The notes beneath the pieces were generated by a model. The model was not told the origin of the DNA and ran no database searches. It saw nothing but the letters and a program-made list of their open reading frames with translations. A DNA stretch of 64,000 nt from Eledone cirrhosa (taxonomy: Eukaryota): contig OZ024742.1 of the NCBI GenBank assembly GCA_964016885.1, forward strand, positions 196,974,001-197,038,000, written 5' to 3'. Below, in pieces: positions 1 through 64,000 of the stretch. Position 1 is the stretch's first letter. The number at the start of each line of letters is the position of its first letter. The translations under genes were made by a program, and so were the position numbers.

Positions 1-401
1 GAGGATGAAAGGCAAAGTTAACCTCGGCGGGATTTGAACTCAGATCATAAAGGGCCGTAACTCTATGCTGCAAAGCATGGCGTCCGTTCCCTCTACCGAT
101 ACTGCCAATCCACCAATTTGACAACTATTTAATAATGCATCAATTCCTATCTTTAACAGTATATTTCCCTCTGTGGTAACCTGGTTTATTTTCTTACAAC
201 TTAATAAAAGAGAAGTGAAGGAGAGGATGGGAATAATTAAGAAGCAGTAAATTGGGATTTTTGAACTGGGAGCCACACTGCTGTTGGGTTGGGTGTGTTC
301 ATTCTGGATAATAAGGTAGGTAGGTTAGTGGCCAGTTTAAAGGACGTGCAATAAAAATAAAAACGGAGTAGTACTTGATACATCTGCACATCTTTCCATA
401 C

Positions 402-64000
<63,599 letters not shown>

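Overview
Eukaryotic, AT-rich, repeat-dense DNA. The SINE and microsatellite landscape looks like an octopod cephalopod (inference, not verifiable here). The whole window lies inside one minus-strand gene: 21 small phase-0 GT-AG exons (1290 nt, 430 aa read by hand) encode the end of a TSPN/LamG domain, an acidic linker, a CxxxC motif and an interrupted Gly-X-Y helix, i.e. a FACIT/collagen-IX-like collagen truncated at both window ends. The introns hold many tRNA-derived SINEs, several MITEs, LINE fragments and one near-intact CR1/L2-group LINE between two very long (TA/TACA)n tracts. Two things stand out. (1) About a dozen fold-back (palindromic) elements sit in (TA)n tracts, many carrying type I hammerhead ribozyme motifs; one is a 467-bp tandem monomer folded into a palindrome with 588-bp arms (Penelope pLTR/retrozyme-like). 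(2) The LINE has an ATG-less ORF2 in the -1 frame with a U_UUU_UUA slippery site. Most ORF-track entries are microsatellite artefacts. Everything was read by eye; exon and ribozyme coordinates were counted, while element edges may be off by several bases.
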